From Phoronis australis (lineage: Eukaryota > Animalia > Phoronida), in NCBI GenBank assembly GCA_002633005.1, contig NMRA01000073.1, positions 850,389-888,475 on the forward strand: DNA of 38,087 nt, in the 5' to 3' direction. Position numbers and translations under genes: made by a program. The notes under the pieces were generated by a model. The model was given only the letters and a program-made list of their open reading frames with translations. It did not search any database and was not told the origin of the DNA. Positions 32,796 through 38,087 of the stretch are shown here, one piece after another. Within the stretch, counting starts at the first letter, position 1; each line of letters begins with the position of its first letter.

Positions 32796-33141
32796 CAGCC
32801 TCAAGATGGCGCTGATAGGTTTAGCCATTTCAGGCTTGGTTATGGGAAATACCTTGTGCGCAATGATTGGCGTCATTAAAACAAAGGCAGGTTTTAATTA
32901 CTTTCACAAGCGTTGTGCTAGTCATGAAGCTGAGAAGGCATTGTTTTGGTTCGCGGTTATGTTAAATTCCTTTTTATTAATAGTATAATAAAAATCAATA
33001 TGTTTTCGAATCATGACACATCAATTTACAATAGTTGAGACCTAAATTTCTGCATCATACCGTTATTTTTCATTTTTACTTTATACTGCAGATATTTTCA
33101 AGCGTCAAATAGGTAACCCGATCAGAGCCATCTTGAGGCTG
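32796..33141. repeat. ~42-bp imperfect inverted repeat pair bounding ~350 bp (foldback/MITE-like)
   Basis: cagcctcaagatggcgctgataggtttagccatttcaggctt (32796-32837) matches the reverse complement of 33100-33141. Confidence 0.7.
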
Positions 33142-33175
33142 AGGGACGAGGCTGGACTTACTGTTCAATGAACGA

Positions 33176-33452
33176 TCACGTGACTGGGAATTTCCCTGCC
33201 CAGATCATGAAGAGAATATCCCGTGGGCTGGCATTTAAGCTACATTACAGGCGCGAATAATGCCGCTAGATTCCAATTGTTTTTTTATGATAGACAGCCT
33301 TCAGTTTGTCGATCATTTACTAGTCATTTTGCCTCCCACGTGACCTATTTCCAGGAAATTGGTCAGGGCTACCGACTATCAGTCTGGTAATGGAAGGCCA
33401 CATCAAGCAGGTACTCTAGTTCAAGAGAAAGCACGTAACCTGTCTATAAATA
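33176..33452 (+). promoter_or_regulatory. Predicted promoter of the ankyrin-caspase: E-boxes, NF-kB site, STAT/GAS site, TATA box
   Basis: TCACGTGAC 33176-33184; GGGAATTTCC 33186-33195; CCACGTGAC 33336-33344; TTCCAGGAA 33349-33357; TATAAATA 33445-33452. Confidence 0.6.
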
Positions 33453-33835
33453 GCTATTTGTATGGAGCCAGAGACCAATAGTGTACAAACACTCCTACCT
33501 GAGGGATTCCATATATCACGAACCTCTTCCGTGGCGTTCAGCTAGGATTCCCGAATCACTGAATTCGTAGTCCGCGGGTCGTCCATTGTACAACGTAGAG
33601 TGCCCGCGGTTACCGAGATGCCTTCGTAACGCAGAAACAGCAGTTCAATTCGATGGCAAGACTGCTCTGTACCGCTGGAAGCCTTGATTCAACCATCGTT
33701 ATCATAAATACTGTACGGTAGGGAACTTTGAGCCAATATGAATTCCGCCGACCGGCGAACGAATCATGGATCTGGAAGCACTCAGGGTGACGCACAGTGG
33801 TTGCGTCTTTTTCGTCCAAGAAGTGATTTAAGAAG

Positions 33836-34349
33836 ATGAGTAAAATGAGTAATACAAAGGAGTCGTACACTGAAGGCCATCCTGAGGACCATTACGTCGT
33901 GGCGTTGACGGATTTAGCTCAAAACATGAATGAAATGAGAAACACGTTTCTCATCGCAGCTGTTGATGCGCAAGTAGTTAATGAACCCGTCGTTACATCA
34001 CTTCTTGATTCCAAAGGCATCAACGTTAACTATGTTTACGACAATGGAACTTCTAAGATGTCTGCAATACATTTTGCCGCTGCAAGGGGCCATGTCCAAT
34101 GCATCAAAAGCCTCATTGCGCGCGGTGCGTGTGCTGCGGCTACAGCTGAATACTGTGGTGAAGACAGCTGGACTTTGGCTCATTTCGCTGCCGCGTTTGG
34201 GCACACAGAACTGCTTCTTTATGTTAAGAATGAGCTGATGGACATCATTGACATTAAAGCAGTGAATAGCGCAGGAAAGTCACCGCTGGATTTGGCACTT
34301 GAGAAATGCAACAGGGGGGCTGTTGAAATTTTGTTGACGGAATTGCCTG
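33836..34349 (+). CDS. Gene 2 exon 1: about four ankyrin repeats
   Basis: SAIHFAAARGHVQCIKSLI, TLAHFAAAFGHTELL and GKSPLDLA. There is an upstream in-frame TGA at 33824 and a donor G|gtaagt. Confidence 0.9.
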
Positions 34350-37300
34350 GTAAGTGGACCGCGTTCATTTTGACATCTGATCATATGAGTCACTTTAATG
34401 GTAAAGTTAATTTTTTTCTACTCTGAGACGACATTCTCCCAGTGGCCATCACTGTTCACCACCTCGACGCTTCCTGTCCTATTTGTTCCACTATGCCGCC
34501 CAATGGGGCAGAGCTGGTAATCCGCACGCGACGTAACTTGCCAACCAACATAATAACCAGCTGTCCTTTACTCTTGCACTTTAGCTTAATTCAACCTTAT
34601 AATTAATGCAGTTGACGTCGCCACCTTTTCGTGCTGTCACAAATGCACAGCATTCTTGGTCAGGTGACCTGCATTTTGCATATTTCTGACAAAAACAAAA
34701 CGGGCAGTTTTGGCAGTGTATTTATATGTATCGTGTTATCCACATGTAATTGTTTAATAGACTTTGTTTTACCAATCAAAAGATTAAACAGTTAAGCAGC
34801 TCCATTCCAGCCAGGACCGTCATTTAATTGTATACCTGCCTGATATTAGCTGACCCATTCTCTTCCCCCAAGTGGTTTCAGGTGGTCCACCAATCAGTTT
34901 AGCGTTTTATTGTTTGTGTTTCATCATAGGTAATCAATCCTGTGTTTCTCATAAACTTCTCTGCATCCTGTTAACTACGGAATAGGTATCATAGAAACTC
35001 TCTGAATTTTACAGAAATAGATCTACTGTTGTCGACTGTTACAGTTGTACAGTCGAGTCAGTGGAAACTGATTCTAACCCAGTCTTTAATATTTGATCGT
35101 GAGACGGGAATTTCGTGCATATTCATGAACTAAGCTGACAAGGGGAAAACCGCCCAAAGTGGGACCTCAAAATCTAGACTTCGATGAACTTTTTTAGACG
35201 CGAAAACATCGCAAAAAGACATACCGAGACATCGACATTCATCGCGAGTGAAGTTCTAGGCTACACCAGCTTTACTCGCGGTAAGTTCTTGCATCTATGG
35301 AACACGGGTCAGATTAATTCTGGCGTTATGTTTATGAGTTTAGTAGGTGAACAGAATGAACCGAAAATTGTCATTTTCTTTACATACACTCATATCGAGC
35401 AATAATACTATATTATTTTTACTTTAGAAACTGCATCTGGGCCGACTCTATGGCACGGCGACGAGAAAAAGTCAGACAATGCATGTAAGTTAGAGGCATT
35501 TCTCTCTATAGACCTTCGGCGGCCTTTCTTTACGGTTCTCCGTGTAAGTACCACTTCTTCATCGATGATTTTGGCACCAGTCTTCAGATCACTCAGTTAA
35601 CAGCTGAGTCGATCAGAGCTACGTGGTGTGCCCACGCACCTCTGAGCTTATAATGCCAGCCCGCACTTGGGACACTTATTCTTTCACAGCGGTGCTGTCA
35701 CCCGCCTGTGGAGTATTGTAGCACTGAGATAGAGCGATCCATCTTGATTAGGCACTAGTGGTCTTATTAGCAACTTGCCGCCTATTGTTCTTTCAGGTGA
35801 GAGCAACAGAACAGAGTCAGATAGCGAGAAGTCTGGACAGCAATATTCCCAGTCAATCGATAATCCTTACAGAATGAAACATCCATGCGGTTTGATCATT
35901 GTTGTCAACAACAAAACGTTTCACCATTTGGGCAGACGAGTCGGCAGTGACAAGGATGTTGGTAAATATTTAAGTGGCTACAAACTGACATTCTGTGAAA
36001 GAAGTGAATTTTTATTTATGATCACTTCCGGCCATTAAACTGTAGAATTGGTCTCAACTTGTTCCTAGCCAATACACAGTCCGGCCCTATTTTGTGACTG
36101 TTTCATGCTACTGGACACTGGAATCTGCGAGTGTGCGATGGGAATTTAGTCGGGTTACAAATGACGACAGCGGTTTTCATAGCCGTGTGGCACAGGCTGG
36201 ATGAAGTTGACGTGTTGCCCTTGACGGTAGCCGCGTTTCCTCATGATCCACGCAAAACAACAACGTAAAAGATTTTCCGAAAATGCTGTGTTGTTTCCGA
36301 AAGCTAGGTCTTCCATTTGCAGACATTCACAACTAATATAAGATCAACCGTCCCGGGTGCTCACACACAATGTACGATACAACAATAACTAAGATTTTAC
36401 TACTCCAAGTCGAAGTTCCAAAAGATGTACAGACTTCCTCATCGCGGTTATTGTTGTTACGTAACTACATTCTGTGTGGACATGGTGGAAGATCGAAATG
36501 TATGTACGCCTAGAATTTAAACCAAGGGCTTTAAACGATGACACGCAACATGATATATGCCGACAAATATTGACAGGCTTCAAAATTACAAACACGTTAG
36601 ACTTCGGAATGTCATTTTCTGCATTTTCAGAACGAATCGTAACCATGTTTTCAAAGCTGGACTTTCAAGTGAAGGTGCACACAGATTTGACGGCTACAAA
36701 AATCGAGGACTGCTTTGAATACTACCGTCGCCAACGTCTCAAACAGTTCAGCTGTATTTTCGTCTTCGTGATGAGCCACGGTCTGCAGAATCACATTTGT
36801 GGAGTTGATGGAAACAGTGTTCCTATCATAGACATCACAAGCAAATTTAAAGCAGAACGATGCACCAACTTGCGAGGGAAACCCAAGTGTTTCTTTTTTG
36901 TTGCCTGTCAGACCACAACCCATAAGATGGTGGATGGTCGTTCGTAAGTATACATGTATGTCTTTTTTATAAGTTTTAGGATGCTTGTCAGCTACCTGGA
37001 AGCTTTATTGAACTGCCCAACATAGCAAACGTTCTAAATTGTATAGTAACCCGAGGACGCTCAGAAGTACTTTGGTGGACAAGTCGATAGTACCAATGAG
37101 CACGCAACTGACATTTCAACTTTGAACGTTCAAAATGACGGGATGTTATCAAATGTATGTTCGTATCCTTGGAACAAAGTTCGACACTCATCAGAACATT
37201 GGTGAAGCAACTGACCAAGAGCTTAAAGACACACGATATTTTGAAACAAATTGTCATTCTTTGCAGTATTTCACACCTGCCGTGTCCCACTCTGTGTATG

Positions 37301-37621
37301 TCTCCAGCTTTTGGTCTGTGGTGGTATTACTGCGTCATTTTATTTCCACTTGAGAATGAAACAAGTGTTTCGATACATCGTGAGTCTTTTAATCATGTCT
37401 CTTGGTCAGTTGCTATAGTACAGTATTGCACGTATTTGGCCAAATACCATCACAGTCTTGTAGATAAGGTGCTACCATAACCTTAAGATGATTTTTATAC
37501 AGGCAACTACTAAGCTGTCTCCTTTTCATGCTTAGGAATGTTGGTGCGAACACTCCTGGAAATCAAACGGAAGACGCTCTATCCAGAGACGCCTCGTCTG
37601 GCTTTCCTGCCCAAGCAAAAA
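33836..37621 (+). CDS. Gene 2 (3'-partial, whole visible span): ankyrin-repeat caspase-family (peptidase C14A) protein
   Basis: Five phase-compatible exons (1135 nt) join ankyrin repeats to caspase p20 motifs. The small subunit is not in the window. Confidence 0.82.
35428..35484 (+). CDS. Gene 2 exon 2 (ETASGPTLWHGDEKKSDNA), linker
   Basis: tttactttag| and |gtaagt; 57 nt, phase 1-1. Confidence 0.7.
35797..35961 (+). CDS. Gene 2 exon 3: start of caspase p20 (YRMKHPCGLIIVVNNKTF..RVGSDKDV)
   Basis: Matches the caspase Y-x-M..G..lIINN..F..R-x-G-[ST]-x-x-D motif. ttctttcag| and |gtaaat. Confidence 0.9.
36631..36943 (+). CDS. Gene 2 exon 4: caspase catalytic core (MSHG ... LRGKPKCFFFVACQ)
   Basis: His motif SHG, ICGVDG, C..L.GKPK and the catalytic Cys. 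ttttcag| and |gtaagt. Confidence 0.93.
37536..37621 (+). CDS. Gene 2 exon 5: intersubunit linker (NVGANTPGNQTEDALSRDASSGFPAQAK)
   Basis: cttag| acceptor in the phase 2 that exon 4 requires; |gtaaat donor; contains Asp-Ala sites. Confidence 0.65.
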
Positions 37622-38087
37622 GTAAATATTTTTTCTCAAATGGTTATACTCAACCTGACTGTTTAAAATGTTTCATTTTGTGTTACCAAAATGATATCAG
37701 TTTTAGCGCACAGATGATCTAAAAATGGTTTGTATTTAAAGTACTGTTGCTCTCCATCAAAAATGACATGCAATAACGAATATCCGGGTCTTTGCAAGAC
37801 CAAAAGTTAATCAACTAGGAAAAGTCCGAAATTAGTTTTATAGTATGGCAAGTGGTCTAAACACAGAAAACAAAATTTGATGGAGAGCGTCTTTGTAGCA
37901 GCTTCAAATGGAATATCGGATAGTTTTATAGTTAAATAAAATAGAAATTAATAAAAAGTCAAGACACATTTATGGCCCTCAGAAAATTCGTTAATTAGTA
38001 CCATTCCATTGTATACTACATTACTTTTTTATTTTATTGCTCTAAACTGTTTTTTCCTGATAAGTAACTGTTGGATACAATGGTGTC

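Overview
Eukaryotic, intron-rich, AT-rich animal DNA with GT-AG introns and abundant CpG, most consistent with an invertebrate. It shows no prokaryotic features (operons, CRISPR, rRNA). I assembled two + strand spliced genes by hand from splice consensus and reading-phase continuity. Gene 1 is a 24-exon gene, CDS 1520..30157, about 1421 aa, with no symbol I recognise. It encodes an N-terminal C-x2-C-x5-H-x2-C-x2-H motif, four ~61-aa 'KTYVRTKSGRLVEK' repeats in one symmetric exon, three 'SYxSxxSxGGT..RRKK.ADG' repeats, a long K/D/E/S/G-rich region and a C-terminal degenerate EF-hand-like domain. Gene 2 starts at 33836 and runs off the window. It joins about four ankyrin repeats to a caspase (peptidase C14) large subunit with an atypical VACQT catalytic motif, and lies downstream of a TATA promoter with consensus NF-kB and STAT sites. 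Introns and intergenic DNA hold several MITE families (one nested), a tRNA-derived SINE head, a decayed hammerhead-like motif and a ~415-bp duplication around an N that is probably an assembly artefact. All gene models are predictions from sequence alone.
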